Shown here one piece after another: positions 37,730 through 47,325 of a DNA stretch of 64,000 bases. The notes under the pieces are model-generated. The model was given only the letters and a program-made list of their open reading frames with translations. It was not told where the DNA came from and searched no databases. This DNA is from a virus (taxonomy: Duplodnaviria; Heunggongvirae; Uroviricota; Caudoviricetes): positions 48,338-112,337 of the IMG/VR virus record IMGVR_UViG_3300042484_000872, one strand, 5' to 3'. The position numbers and the translations under genes are program-made. Every line of letters starts with the position of its first letter. The stretch's first letter is position 1.

Positions 37730-38031
37730 ATCCAGAACAACAACAAGAAATAGTCAGAGCAGTGGTTTCTGACTATTTTGACAAATATGCAATACAATAT
37801 GTTCCATACACAATGATGAACATTGAAAGAGAACATATAATTGATACAGGAACTAGTATAATGTGTGATAAATGGCATGTTGGTTATCCTCCAGGAAGTT
37901 TTGCAAAAGCTGTAGTAGATAATGATCTTTCTCAAGCATTTGGTAGAGCAGATGATATCACTATTCATTGTATAAGATTTTATGTAATGTTAATGTATAA
38001 CGTAGGAGCACCTACATCTTTATTTCAATAA
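37726..38031 (+). CDS. hypothetical protein
   Basis: 101-aa ORF. Confidence 0.45.
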   Translation: MNPEQQQEIVRAVVSDYFDKYAIQYVPYTMMNIEREHIIDTGTSIMCDKWHVGYPPGSFAKAVVDNDLSQAFGRADDITIHCIRFYVMLMYNVGAPTSLFQ

Positions 38032-38033
38032 TT

Positions 38034-38330
38034 ATGGGAAGATGGTATATATTAAAAAGAGGAAGACCTGTAAAAGCTAAAAGTATTAAGCATTATCATT
38101 ATTGGAGTTTAAATTCAAAATATAAAGCTGTTAAACAAGAACATATTGGTGATATATATGTATCAACAGTTTTTCTTGGTCTTGATCATGCTTTGAACAG
38201 TAATATTCCTGTATTATGGGAAACTATGATATTTGGAGGAGAACACGATCAGTATATGGATAGATATACATCTTATGAAGATGCTCTTGAAGGACATCAA
38301 ATAGCGTTAAACTTAGTAAACAAACAATAA
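38034..38330 (+). CDS. hypothetical protein
   Basis: 98-aa ORF. Confidence 0.45.
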   Translation: MGRWYILKRGRPVKAKSIKHYHYWSLNSKYKAVKQEHIGDIYVSTVFLGLDHALNSNIPVLWETMIFGGEHDQYMDRYTSYEDALEGHQIALNLVNKQ

Positions 38331-38707
38331 TGGAAAAAGAATTTGCACCTTATCAACCAAGTTTTAATATGAAAGAATTAGGATTTGATGAACCTTGTTT
38401 TGGTTATTATACTGGAGATAAAAAACATCTTGTACTAAGACCAAATATGGGTAGGAGAAATGAAGATTTGAATGATATAGTTTGTACAGCACCACTTTAC
38501 CAACAAGCATTTAGATGGTTTAGAGAGAAGTATAATTTAGATAAAGTAATCTACCCAACATTAGGAAGTGAAGGAAATTACTATATAAATATTTTTCAAA
38601 ATTATAATAGTGATAATTCTTTGTATTGGAATTGCTCCTATGAAACATTAGAAGAAGCAGAACTTGAATGTCTTAAAAAATTAATATCAATTGTAAAAGA
38701 GAAATAA
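38330..38707 (+). CDS. hypothetical protein
   Basis: 125-aa ORF. Confidence 0.45.
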   Translation: MEKEFAPYQPSFNMKELGFDEPCFGYYTGDKKHLVLRPNMGRRNEDLNDIVCTAPLYQQAFRWFREKYNLDKVIYPTLGSEGNYYINIFQNYNSDNSLYWNCSYETLEEAELECLKKLISIVKEK

Positions 38708-38708
38708 C

Positions 38709-39065
38709 ATGGCAACATTAAAGAAAGAAATACAAGATGTAATTGATAACACAAGTGATTTGTTATACAGAGAAGAAATCTATATCAATGGTAAACATGA
38801 ATATGATTATCATAAACTAGATGCTACACCACAAGCTACAGTTCATACACTATATTTTAGTGATGACTTTGAATGGAGTGAACATATTAGAAAAACAGTT
38901 GCTATGCAGCTAGTAGATACAGGTAGTGGTATAGAGCTAATTGGTATTAACTCAAAAAAAGAGATAAACTATTTAGAAGCTGAACAGCTTCACATTCTTT
39001 TAAGACTATCTAGTTCACATAGTGTATATCAAATTACAGAACCAGCACCTAAGAGAGAGTTCTAA
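38709..39065 (+). CDS. hypothetical protein
   Basis: 118-aa ORF. Confidence 0.45.
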   Translation: MATLKKEIQDVIDNTSDLLYREEIYINGKHEYDYHKLDATPQATVHTLYFSDDFEWSEHIRKTVAMQLVDTGSGIELIGINSKKEINYLEAEQLHILLRLSSSHSVYQITEPAPKREF

Positions 39066-39514
39066 TGTGGTATCCAGCAGAAATTGTATTAAAAAGCTAC
39101 CTTCCTCTTGAATTAGAGGAGGGTATGCTCTTTGTCAACAGAATATCTGTAGGTGTAATTGAACCATATGTTGAACTATGGGAGCTTGAAGAAGTTCCTG
39201 AAGATATGGATGAGTTCATGGCTAAACATGGTGCACCTGTAGAACTATTCATCATTGATGAAAATGAGAACATTCTTGCTACACATGATGAAATAGCTTG
39301 GTGGGATGAAGGAGAGCATACAGATGAGCTAAGAGAAATTACACTAGATGATATTAACTATCTATTAAGAGAACTTGATGGATATGTTGATATAGATATA
39401 GATGAAGATTATGGACCAACTATTTACGAAGGTAAAGTGGTACTAGGATTAGAACCAGAAGATGATCTAGAAGATTGGGATGTAACATTAAACGATGGAT
39501 TAGAAGAAATTTAA
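39065..39514 (+). CDS. hypothetical acidic protein
   Basis: 149 aa, Glu/Asp-rich. Confidence 0.45.
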   Translation: MWYPAEIVLKSYLPLELEEGMLFVNRISVGVIEPYVELWELEEVPEDMDEFMAKHGAPVELFIIDENENILATHDEIAWWDEGEHTDELREITLDDINYLLRELDGYVDIDIDEDYGPTIYEGKVVLGLEPEDDLEDWDVTLNDGLEEI

Positions 39515-39516
39515 AT

Positions 39517-39765
39517 ATGGAATTATCAGTAGCAAATAAACACACACACGAAAGAAAGGTAGCAGATTTTATAATTAAAAAAGTAAAATCACAAGCTATT
39601 ATTATTAAATCAGAGAATCCAAGTCATAAGAATGGTATAATGTATTCAATCAATAAGACTGAATATGAAAACCTTATAAACTATGAATTTGAAGCTAAAA
39701 GAGTTCCTCATGTAACCAGAATGGTTGTAAGAGAATTCATCAATCGTAAATTAAAATCAGTCTAA
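39517..39765 (+). CDS. hypothetical protein
   Basis: Start moved to the ATG at 39517 (MELSVANKH...), just after the previous stop, rather than the overlapping upstream start of the track. Confidence 0.4.
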   Translation: MELSVANKHTHERKVADFIIKKVKSQAIIIKSENPSHKNGIMYSINKTEYENLINYEFEAKRVPHVTRMVVREFINRKLKSV

Positions 39766-39812
39766 TTAAAATTGTTAGAATAATATAACATTTTTAATTA
39801 TCTTTGTAGGCT

Positions 39813-40010
39813 ATGAAATTTATAAATTATTTAGTTAGGTGGATATCGAATAATCTTGCTATGCCTTTTTGGGTAGTAGGACATATTCATCTATCTATTA
39901 ACATCTATGAAGACATAGCAGAAATTCTTGCATCATTTGGTATGAATATCATTGTAGGAATAGGATTTTGGTTAGATTGGAGAGATCATAAAAAAACAAC
40001 AAGACAATGA
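39813..40010 (+). CDS. small membrane protein
   Basis: 65 aa, hydrophobic. Confidence 0.35.
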   Translation: MKFINYLVRWISNNLAMPFWVVGHIHLSINIYEDIAEILASFGMNIIVGIGFWLDWRDHKKTTRQ

Positions 40011-41968
40011 AAGAAGAAGTAATAATATATGACATAGAAACCATGCAAGAACTATTCTTAGTTGTATGTATGGTGCCTGGTAAAGCTGGTAAGAGCTTTC
40101 AAGTGTCTAAATGGAAGAATCAATTAGATAAATTCGTTAGATATACAGAAGAACATACTGATGCTTATTGGGTAGGATATAATAATCTACGCTTTGACAG
40201 TCAAGTTGTTGAATGGATCTTGAGAAACTACGATAAGTGGCATGAGTTAAGCAATTTAGAAATATGTGCAAGAATAGCACAGAAAGCTGCTGATGTTATA
40301 CATGATGCTAACTATGATGTATTCCCTGAGTACAGAGAGCATGAATTAAGCCTCAAACAATTAGATCTGTTCAAGATAAGCCATTTCGACAATAAAAATC
40401 GAATGGTGAGTCTTAAAAGACTAGAGTTTGAGATGGATCTTGAGAATATAGAAGAAATGCCTATACATCATACTAAAACTAATATGACAAAAGAAGAAGT
40501 GGAGATGACCATTGACTATTGTTATAATGATGTAGATGCAACTTATGAATTCTACAAGATAACTATGGGTGATACAGATCATCCACTGTATAAAGGGAAT
40601 AATCAAATAGAGCTGAGACAAGATATTGAAGCTGAATTTGGTATCCCTTGTATGAACTATTCAGACTCTAAGATAGGGGATGAAATGATTAAGAAGTATT
40701 ATTGTTCAGAGAAAGGAATTACATACAGAGAACTTCCTAAGAAAGGATATTTCAGAAAGAGCATTGATGTAAAGAATTGCATTGCTAAGTATGTAACATT
40801 TGAAACTCCACAACTAAAAGACTTCTTAAAGAAGATTAATAAAATGCAGCTTGGTCTGCAAGATGATTTCAAAGAGCATATAGATTTCTATGGAAATGTG
40901 TATTCTTTTATGAAAGGTGGTCTTCACACAGAGAATGGTCCTAAGATCTTCGAAGCTGATGAAGACTATGAGATAATCGATTGGGATGTGTCTAGTTATT
41001 ATCCTGCCATCATTATCAACAATGGTAAGTTTCCTGCCCATTTAGGTAAGGAATTCCTTCGGGGATACAAACAGATGTTTGATAAAAGATTGGAGCTTAA
41101 ACCCTTTGCAAAGAAGGATAAGAAGATTAAAGGAATTGTTGGAGCACTTAAACTTGCAGTTAACTCTGTATACGGTAAGTCATCTGATATGCAGAATTGG
41201 ATATATGATAGGCAGTTAACTATGTTCACCACAATTACTGGTGAGCTTAGCTTGATGATGCTTATTGAAAAATATGAAACCAATGGCATACATGTGATCT
41301 CTGCTAATACGGATGGTGTAACCATCAAGATTAAGAAAGACATGATTCCTTTGATGCATGAAATCAATGCATGGTGGTGTGACATTACTCAATATGAGTT
41401 GGAGAGAACAGACTATTCCAAGATTATCTTTAGTACAGTGAATGACTATTTAGCAATTATGACCAATGGAGAGATTAAGAAAAAAGGTGATTTCCTTACT
41501 GATTTTGAATTGCACAAGAACAAGTCAGCTAGAATTGTTCCCATTGCTCTTGAGCAGTATTTTGTTTATGGTGTGCCTGTGGAGCATACAATTCGTGCTC
41601 ACACTAATCTTTATGACTTCTGTTTAAGACAGAAAGCTAGTAGGAGTTTTCACTATGAAGGAACTAACAGATCCACAGGTAAGAAGACAGTGTATGATAA
41701 ACTCATACGGTATTATGTATCCAACGAAGGAGATAAGATCTTTAAGATTAAGAATCCAGAGTGTCAAACCAGAGCTGCTGCAATCAGTCAAGTAGAAGCT
41801 GGTGAGTGGGTATGTAAAGTTTGTAATTTCTTACCAAAAGGTAGTAAAGTTGATAATGTCAATTATGATTACTACATTGAAAAAGCTAACAGATTAGTCT
41901 TAAAGATTAAAACTGAAGGCAGAAGAGTAAAAACGGTATTTATACCTAATCAATTAAATTTATTTTAA
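40007..41968 (+). CDS. family-B DNA polymerase, compact (653 aa), with 3'-5' exonuclease motifs
   Basis: Exo I IYDIET, Exo II YNNLRFDS, Exo III YCYNDVDATY. Motif A DVSSYYPAII, motif B KLAVNSVYGKSS. Motif C is ISANTDGV, i.e. NTD in place of the canonical DTD. Motifs A and B resemble phi29-type polymerases. Confidence 0.65.
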   Translation: MKEEVIIYDIETMQELFLVVCMVPGKAGKSFQVSKWKNQLDKFVRYTEEHTDAYWVGYNNLRFDSQVVEWILRNYDKWHELSNLEICARIAQKAADVIHDANYDVFPEYREHELSLKQLDLFKISHFDNKNRMVSLKRLEFEMDLENIEEMPIHHTKTNMTKEEVEMTIDYCYNDVDATYEFYKITMGDTDHPLYKGNNQIELRQDIEAEFGIPCMNYSDSKIGDEMIKKYYCSEKGITYRELPKKGYFRKSIDVKNCIAKYVTFETPQLKDFLKKINKMQLGLQDDFKEHIDFYGNVYSFMKGGLHTENGPKIFEADEDYEIIDWDVSSYYPAIIINNGKFPAHLGKEFLRGYKQMFDKRLELKPFAKKDKKIKGIVGALKLAVNSVYGKSSDMQNWIYDRQLTMFTTITGELSLMMLIEKYETNGIHVISANTDGVTIKIKKDMIPLMHEINAWWCDITQYELERTDYSKIIFSTVNDYLAIMTNGEIKKKGDFLTDFELHKNKSARIVPIALEQYFVYGVPVEHTIRAHTNLYDFCLRQKASRSFHYEGTNRSTGKKTVYDKLIRYYVSNEGDKIFKIKNPECQTRAAAISQVEAGEWVCKVCNFLPKGSKVDNVNYDYYIEKANRLVLKIKTEGRRVKTVFIPNQLNLF

Positions 41969-42225
41969 TGAAAGCTAAAATTAATCGTAAGAACATCTCC
42001 AAACATTTAGTTGAATACCAATTGAATATGGTTGGTAAGACCCTAGAGGACACACTATCTGATGATATGTGGTTCTTTAACTGGACAATGACTCCAGCTG
42101 AGCATGAGGAATTCAAAGCATATGCTATTCCTTTATTAAAAAAAACATTTAAATTTAACAAAGGAATTGCTGAAAAAACATTTGGGTGGTTCAATTTGCA
42201 GTTTGGTTTGAGAATTAAATCTTAA
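41968..42225 (+). CDS. hypothetical protein
   Basis: 85-aa ORF. Confidence 0.4.
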   Translation: MKAKINRKNISKHLVEYQLNMVGKTLEDTLSDDMWFFNWTMTPAEHEEFKAYAIPLLKKTFKFNKGIAEKTFGWFNLQFGLRIKS

Positions 42226-42249
42226 CATTAACAATTAAAATTAGAAATT

Positions 42250-42546
42250 ATGAATTTATCAAATGACACTTTATTCTACAGTATTGTAGGAATTGCTGTA
42301 TTAGCAGCAGCAAGATTGTATTATGTAGCATACAGAGATGCACATGAAATTAAAGAAGAACCTAAACAACCACATCAGGTTAGAAAGGTTACAGATTTTT
42401 CTAAAGGAACAATTGGTACAGATCCAATTGAGAAACCTAAGAAGAAAAAGAAGAAGTATTATAATAAGAAGAAAGCAACTCTTGCAGAATCTGCAACACC
42501 TGTTGCTAAAAGACCTGTTGGAAGACCAAGAAAAACTATTGAATAA
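42250..42546 (+). CDS. membrane-anchored basic protein with AT-hook-like GRPRK
   Basis: N-terminal TM helix, KKKKKYYNKKK and PVGRPRKT. Confidence 0.45.
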   Translation: MNLSNDTLFYSIVGIAVLAAARLYYVAYRDAHEIKEEPKQPHQVRKVTDFSKGTIGTDPIEKPKKKKKKYYNKKKATLAESATPVAKRPVGRPRKTIE

Positions 42547-42752
42547 TGAATTGGTCTGAGGATTATGAGTATCCCAATGATCACATATATGCTATGGAAA
42601 GAGAAAAAGATATAGTTGATTCATGGCATAAATGGGAAGCAGAACATAAAGCCAAGAGTAGAAAGCCTGCAATAATTAAAGTGGTAAAACCAAAAGATGA
42701 AAATAAACATAGAACCTCAACAATTCGAGGAGCTCATCAAGAGAGGTTATAA
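42546..42752 (+). CDS. hypothetical protein
   Basis: 68-aa ORF. Confidence 0.35.
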   Translation: MNWSEDYEYPNDHIYAMEREKDIVDSWHKWEAEHKAKSRKPAIIKVVKPKDENKHRTSTIRGAHQERL

Positions 42753-43326
42753 TCTAGATGTTATATTCTTATTAAAGTTGATAGACGAACAATATGATAT
42801 TTCTCCATTATGTGAGGGAAGTATGAAGATTGATTCTGTCTATCAATCTTTAGTAAGAAAAGGGCTTATAACAAAAGATGATGAAAAGCTCACGTTAATA
42901 GGCAAAGATTTATTAGAATTTGTAGATGCTAAGAGCACTGCAAAGATAATAAGAAGAAAACCTGCTACAACAGACTTTGAAGAATGGTGGAAGACTTATC
43001 CAGGTACTGATTCATTTGAGTATAAGAATAAGAAGTTTACAGGTACTAGATCTATTAGGAAGGGTAAAGATGAATGTAGACTGAAATTTGATAAGATATT
43101 ATTAGAAGGAGAATATACAGCTGCACAGCTGATAGGTGCTCTTAATTATGAACTCTTACAGAAGAAAGAATCTTCTATTGATACCAACAGTAATAGGATG
43201 ACATTCATGCAAAATAGTGTCACCTATCTAAACCAAAGAGCTTTTGAAGCTTATATTGAATTAATTAATGATGGATCTGCAGTGAATGTAGCACCACAAA
43301 AACCACAAGGAGGTACAGACATATGA
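42697..43326 (+). CDS. hypothetical protein (position suggests helicase-associated)
   Basis: 209-aa ORF upstream of the DnaB-like helicase; its start may be downstream of the track's. Confidence 0.45.
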   Translation: MKINIEPQQFEELIKRGYNLDVIFLLKLIDEQYDISPLCEGSMKIDSVYQSLVRKGLITKDDEKLTLIGKDLLEFVDAKSTAKIIRRKPATTDFEEWWKTYPGTDSFEYKNKKFTGTRSIRKGKDECRLKFDKILLEGEYTAAQLIGALNYELLQKKESSIDTNSNRMTFMQNSVTYLNQRAFEAYIELINDGSAVNVAPQKPQGGTDI

Positions 43327-43423
43327 AAGAATTTTTTGAAGCAATTAACGAATACCCATGGACAACATTTTTTGTTTTCATAATGATATTATCTATTACT
43401 GGATCTTTAAGAAATAATAACAA

Positions 43424-44488
43424 ATGAGTTTTGAACTATTAAATGCAGAAGTTAACAAAGGCCTAGGTGATTTCAATAGAGGTATACCAATGGGCTTTGA
43501 TAGGCTTACTAGATATGTAGGTATTCGTAAGGGAATGTATTATTTGATAGGTGGTAACACAGGTTCAGGTAAGACATCTTTTATTGATGATGCATTTGTT
43601 CTTAATCCTGTTGATTGGGCTATGTCCAAAGAAGGAATAGCTTCAGGTATAAAGGTGAAGGTGTGGTATAGGTCCATGGAGAGAAGTAGAACATACAAGA
43701 TGGCCAAATGGGTATCTCGTAAAATATTTCTAGACCAGGGTATAATTATTCCTGTAGGTAAATTACTTGGCTGGAATGAGAAGATGACTAAAGATGAGCA
43801 TGATCTATTTTTATATTATAAAGATTATGTAGAACAGCTCAGTGAGATAGTCACCATCATAGATGGTCCAGAGAATCCTGTAGGTATAGCAAAAGAACTT
43901 AAAGCTTATGCTGAAGAGAATGGTGAGATACAGCAATTGGACAAATGGAATAAAATATATGTTCCTAATGATCCAACACAAATTACCATGGTTGTAGTAG
44001 ATCACATTGGTCTATTAAAAACAACAACAGCTCAACCAACTAAAAAGGATGCTATTGATAAGATGTCTGATGAACTCAGATATGCTAGAGATTTCTATGG
44101 CTACAGTCCTGTAGTGGTAAGTCAGTTCAACAGAAGCATTTCTAATCCATCTAGGATAAAGAATGGTGATGTAGAACCTCAGTTAGAAGATTTTGCAGAT
44201 AGCTCAAGCACACAGAATGATGCTGATGTAGTTATGGCCTTATTTGATCCTATGAGATATAAAGTGGCAGATCCTAGTGGATATGACCTAGATAAATTAA
44301 AAGATCAATTTGGTGCTAAGTATTTCAGAAGTGTAAGACTAATCAAGAATTCATACGGTGAAGATGATGTGAGAATTGGACTAGCATTCCTAGGTGAACT
44401 TGGTTTATTCAAGGAGCTACCTAGAAAGAAAGATATCACAGAAGCAGATTATGAATCAATTACAAATAAGAGTTTCTTTCTTAGATAA
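43424..44488 (+). CDS. DnaB-family (SF4) replicative helicase, C-terminal RecA-like domain only
   Basis: H1 GGNTGSGKTSFIDDAFVLN, H2 VVVDHIGLL, H3 VVVSQFNRS, H4 QNDADVVMALFD. Lacks the DnaB N-terminal domain (354 aa). Confidence 0.65.
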   Translation: MSFELLNAEVNKGLGDFNRGIPMGFDRLTRYVGIRKGMYYLIGGNTGSGKTSFIDDAFVLNPVDWAMSKEGIASGIKVKVWYRSMERSRTYKMAKWVSRKIFLDQGIIIPVGKLLGWNEKMTKDEHDLFLYYKDYVEQLSEIVTIIDGPENPVGIAKELKAYAEENGEIQQLDKWNKIYVPNDPTQITMVVVDHIGLLKTTTAQPTKKDAIDKMSDELRYARDFYGYSPVVVSQFNRSISNPSRIKNGDVEPQLEDFADSSSTQNDADVVMALFDPMRYKVADPSGYDLDKLKDQFGAKYFRSVRLIKNSYGEDDVRIGLAFLGELGLFKELPRKKDITEADYESITNKSFFLR

Positions 44489-44526
44489 ACAATTAAAATC
44501 AATTAAATCAATTAAAATCAATTAAA
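44489..44526. repeat. 4x tandem CAATTAAA(A)T array ending at the ATG of the ParB-like gene
   Basis: caattaaaat caattaaat caattaaaat caattaaac ATG read directly. Confidence 0.7.
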
Positions 44527-44527
44527 C

Positions 44528-45211
44528 ATGAAAACAACAAATTATTCAAAATTCCTATTCTCTAAAGAAAACAGAGAAATTAAAACAAAAACAGTCTTAG
44601 CAATTAAAGACTCAATGACTAAATTTGGATTTATTCCAGGTAGACCAGTATTAATTACAAAAGAATGGGTGATCATTGATGGTCAACACAGATTCTTAGC
44701 AGCTAAAGAACTTGGTATCTCAGTAGAGTTTGAAATTGTAGAAGGAAATTACATTGACAAAATGATTCTTTTAAATTCTACACAATCAAATTGGACTTTA
44801 GAAGATTACGTAAATTCATATGCACAACAGAATGTTGATTGCTACAGAAAGCTTTTGAAATTCAAAGATAAATATGAATTAAATCTTTCTTGCTCAATCG
44901 TTCTTTTATTTGGTTCAGGTGTAAAAACTGCTGATATTAGAAAAGGAGAAGTTCTTAAACAAAATCCTAATGCAGATCGAATGGCAGAATATGTTTTAAA
45001 CTGTAGTACAATATCTTACAACAAAGATCAAAAGTTTGTTAGAGCAATTGCAGCAGTGTATGATAAGTTAACAAGACCTCAATTGATAAAATTAAGATCA
45101 AGATTGATCGTTGTTCCAGCTTTATCTAATACAACTGACTTTGTTATAGCCTTTGAAAACATTATCAATAAAGGTAAAAGAGGAGATTACAAAGTGAAAT
45201 TAAGTAGATAA
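44528..45211 (+). CDS. ParB-like nuclease domain protein
   Basis: VIIDGQHRFLAAKELG matches the ParB/sulfiredoxin DGxHR motif. Confidence 0.6.
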   Translation: MKTTNYSKFLFSKENREIKTKTVLAIKDSMTKFGFIPGRPVLITKEWVIIDGQHRFLAAKELGISVEFEIVEGNYIDKMILLNSTQSNWTLEDYVNSYAQQNVDCYRKLLKFKDKYELNLSCSIVLLFGSGVKTADIRKGEVLKQNPNADRMAEYVLNCSTISYNKDQKFVRAIAAVYDKLTRPQLIKLRSRLIVVPALSNTTDFVIAFENIINKGKRGDYKVKLSR

Positions 45212-45213
45212 AT

Positions 45214-45315
45214 ATGAGTATAAGAGACCTCAGACAGAAAGAGTTTGCTGATGTATGGTTAAAAGAAAAGCATGGTATACTCAATCTATGTCCAAGGTTG
45301 TTAATAACTTTTTAA
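45214..45315 (+). pseudogene. diverged duplicate of the 5' end of the SF2 helicase gene (33 codons then stop)
   Basis: MSIRDLRQKEFADVWLKEKHGILNLCPRLLITF* aligns with the helicase N-terminus MSKSLRDIRQAEFAKAWIDKGKKGIIYACPRFGK (RDxRQxEFAxxWxxxxxGIxxxCPR). Confidence 0.5.
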
Positions 45316-45340
45316 ATTAAAATTTGTATATTAAAAAGGA

Positions 45341-46153
45341 ATGTTATATCTTTGTCATATGAAAATAGATATAGCCCTTAGAAAAGTGACTGGTATATAT
45401 AAAATTACCAACACTATAAACAATAAATCATATGTAGGAAGTTCTGTTGATGTATATCAAAGAGGATGTATGTATAAGCACTTAATCAAAAGAAAGAAGT
45501 TACATAACAAACATTTACAGTCAGCTGTAGAGAAGTATGGATATGATAATTTTACATTTGAAGTCTTAGATAAGTGTGAAGAAGGTACATCTGTTTTTGA
45601 TTTGCATCAATTAGAACAATCTTACATAAACAAAATTAATCCTGAGTACAATAAAAGAACTGTTGTAGACACAAATCATTTACTTTCACATTCTCAAGAA
45701 ACTAAAGATAAAATATCTAATAGTTTGAAAGAATCTTTTAAGAATGGTAGTAAAGTTATCAATCGTATACAAGAACATAATATAAAAGTTAGTCTATTTG
45801 ATCTATCTGGAAATCATATTCAAGATTTTCCAGGATTAGCTCATTGTGCTGATTTTGTAGGAGTGAAGTATCAGAGCGTAACTTTTGCTATAAACAGTGA
45901 AAGAAGAAGAGTTAAGAATTACATAGTGCTACGTACAGAGGAATCTAATTTGGTAAAAGATTTTCTAAACATACCTAAATTAAATTATGCTAAAAAAGTT
46001 ACAGTTCTAGATATAATTACAAATGAGACATTACAATTTATTAATTGTAAACTGTGTGCAGAATTTATAAATTGTAAACCAACAACTGTAAAAAAATGTT
46101 ATGAGAATGGTAAAATTTGGAAAAACAAATACAAAATAATAAACTATGAGTAA
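45341..46153 (+). CDS. GIY-YIG homing endonuclease
   Basis: GIYKITNTINNKSYVGSS...R...KHLQSAVEKYG...FEVL...E. Alternative start at 45359. Inserted between the helicase fragment and the intact helicase gene. Confidence 0.65.
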   Translation: MLYLCHMKIDIALRKVTGIYKITNTINNKSYVGSSVDVYQRGCMYKHLIKRKKLHNKHLQSAVEKYGYDNFTFEVLDKCEEGTSVFDLHQLEQSYINKINPEYNKRTVVDTNHLLSHSQETKDKISNSLKESFKNGSKVINRIQEHNIKVSLFDLSGNHIQDFPGLAHCADFVGVKYQSVTFAINSERRRVKNYIVLRTEESNLVKDFLNIPKLNYAKKVTVLDIITNETLQFINCKLCAEFINCKPTTVKKCYENGKIWKNKYKIINYE

Positions 46154-47261
46154 AAGTTTAAGAGATATTAGACAAGCAGAATTTGCAAAAGCTTGGATAG
46201 ATAAAGGAAAGAAGGGTATAATTTACGCTTGTCCAAGGTTTGGCAAGATAAGAACTAGTATATTAATATTAAAACAACTTCCTAAAAAAAGTCTTAGTTA
46301 TACGAATGCAACAGTTTATCCTTCAGTATTGATTGCTTACCCAGATAATAAGATTAAAGAATCTTGGCAATCTGATTTTGATGATCTTGGATATGATGAT
46401 AGCAATGTCACATACACAACACATTTATCATTAAAGAAGTTAGTAGACAATGAGTATGATATTATTATTATAGATGAGATACATCTACTGAGTGAAGCTC
46501 AGATAGAAGCATGTCAAGATCTATTTAGTAACAATGCTTGTATACTAGGTCTCACTGGTACATTAGCCAGTGATACAGAAAGAACTCTCGAAGAGGAACT
46601 TGATTTACATGTTGTAGCTCACTATCCAATTGAAAAAGCGATTGAAGAAGGTGTTATTGTAGATTATGAGATACATGTTATTAAAGTGCCCCTTGACAAT
46701 CTTGTACACAATGATTATAAAGGAAAACTTAAAACAGAGAAGAAACACTATGATGGATTATCTTGGGTAATCAATAAACTTCAGAATAGTGGATCAGACA
46801 CTATGTTCATGCGTCTTGCAAGAATGAGACTTATTCAATCATCTTTAGCTAAAACTAATGCTACGAAAAAGCTATTAGCTAAACATAAAGATGAGAGAGT
46901 GTTAGTATTCTGTGGCACCACTGCTGTAGCAGATAGTCTTGGTATTCCTTCCTATCATAATAAGTCTAAAGAAAAGAGTATCTTTGAAGACTTTGCTGAA
47001 GGAGAAGGTAATCACCTAGCTGTTGTAAAGATTGGTAATACAGGAGTTACATATAAGCCTCTAGACAAAGTGATTATTAATTATTTCGATAGTAATGCAG
47101 AGAATCTCGCACAAAAAATAAATCGATGTATGGCTATGGAATATAACACTCCTGATAAGAAAGCCCACATATACATAGTGAGTTCTAATGAACCTGTAGA
47201 ATTGAAATGGTTACAGAAAGCTTTAGAATTCTTCGATAAAACCAAAATAAAATACATATAA
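46146..47261 (+). CDS. SF2 DExH-type helicase/ATPase
   Basis: Motif I-like ACPRFGKIRT, motif II IIIDEIH, motif III LTGTLASD. Confidence 0.5.
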   Translation: MSKSLRDIRQAEFAKAWIDKGKKGIIYACPRFGKIRTSILILKQLPKKSLSYTNATVYPSVLIAYPDNKIKESWQSDFDDLGYDDSNVTYTTHLSLKKLVDNEYDIIIIDEIHLLSEAQIEACQDLFSNNACILGLTGTLASDTERTLEEELDLHVVAHYPIEKAIEEGVIVDYEIHVIKVPLDNLVHNDYKGKLKTEKKHYDGLSWVINKLQNSGSDTMFMRLARMRLIQSSLAKTNATKKLLAKHKDERVLVFCGTTAVADSLGIPSYHNKSKEKSIFEDFAEGEGNHLAVVKIGNTGVTYKPLDKVIINYFDSNAENLAQKINRCMAMEYNTPDKKAHIYIVSSNEPVELKWLQKALEFFDKTKIKYI

Positions 47262-47325
47262 CACTTGATTTTATTAAATATTATTCGTATATTTATAGAA
47301 TAAATTAACTAAATAAATTAAAACA

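Noticed and set aside
44489-44526. Possible CRISPR array from tandem caattaaa repeats
   Set aside because: Units are 9-10 bp with no spacers. This is simple tandem duplication of a start-proximal motif, not repeat-spacer architecture. No cas genes.
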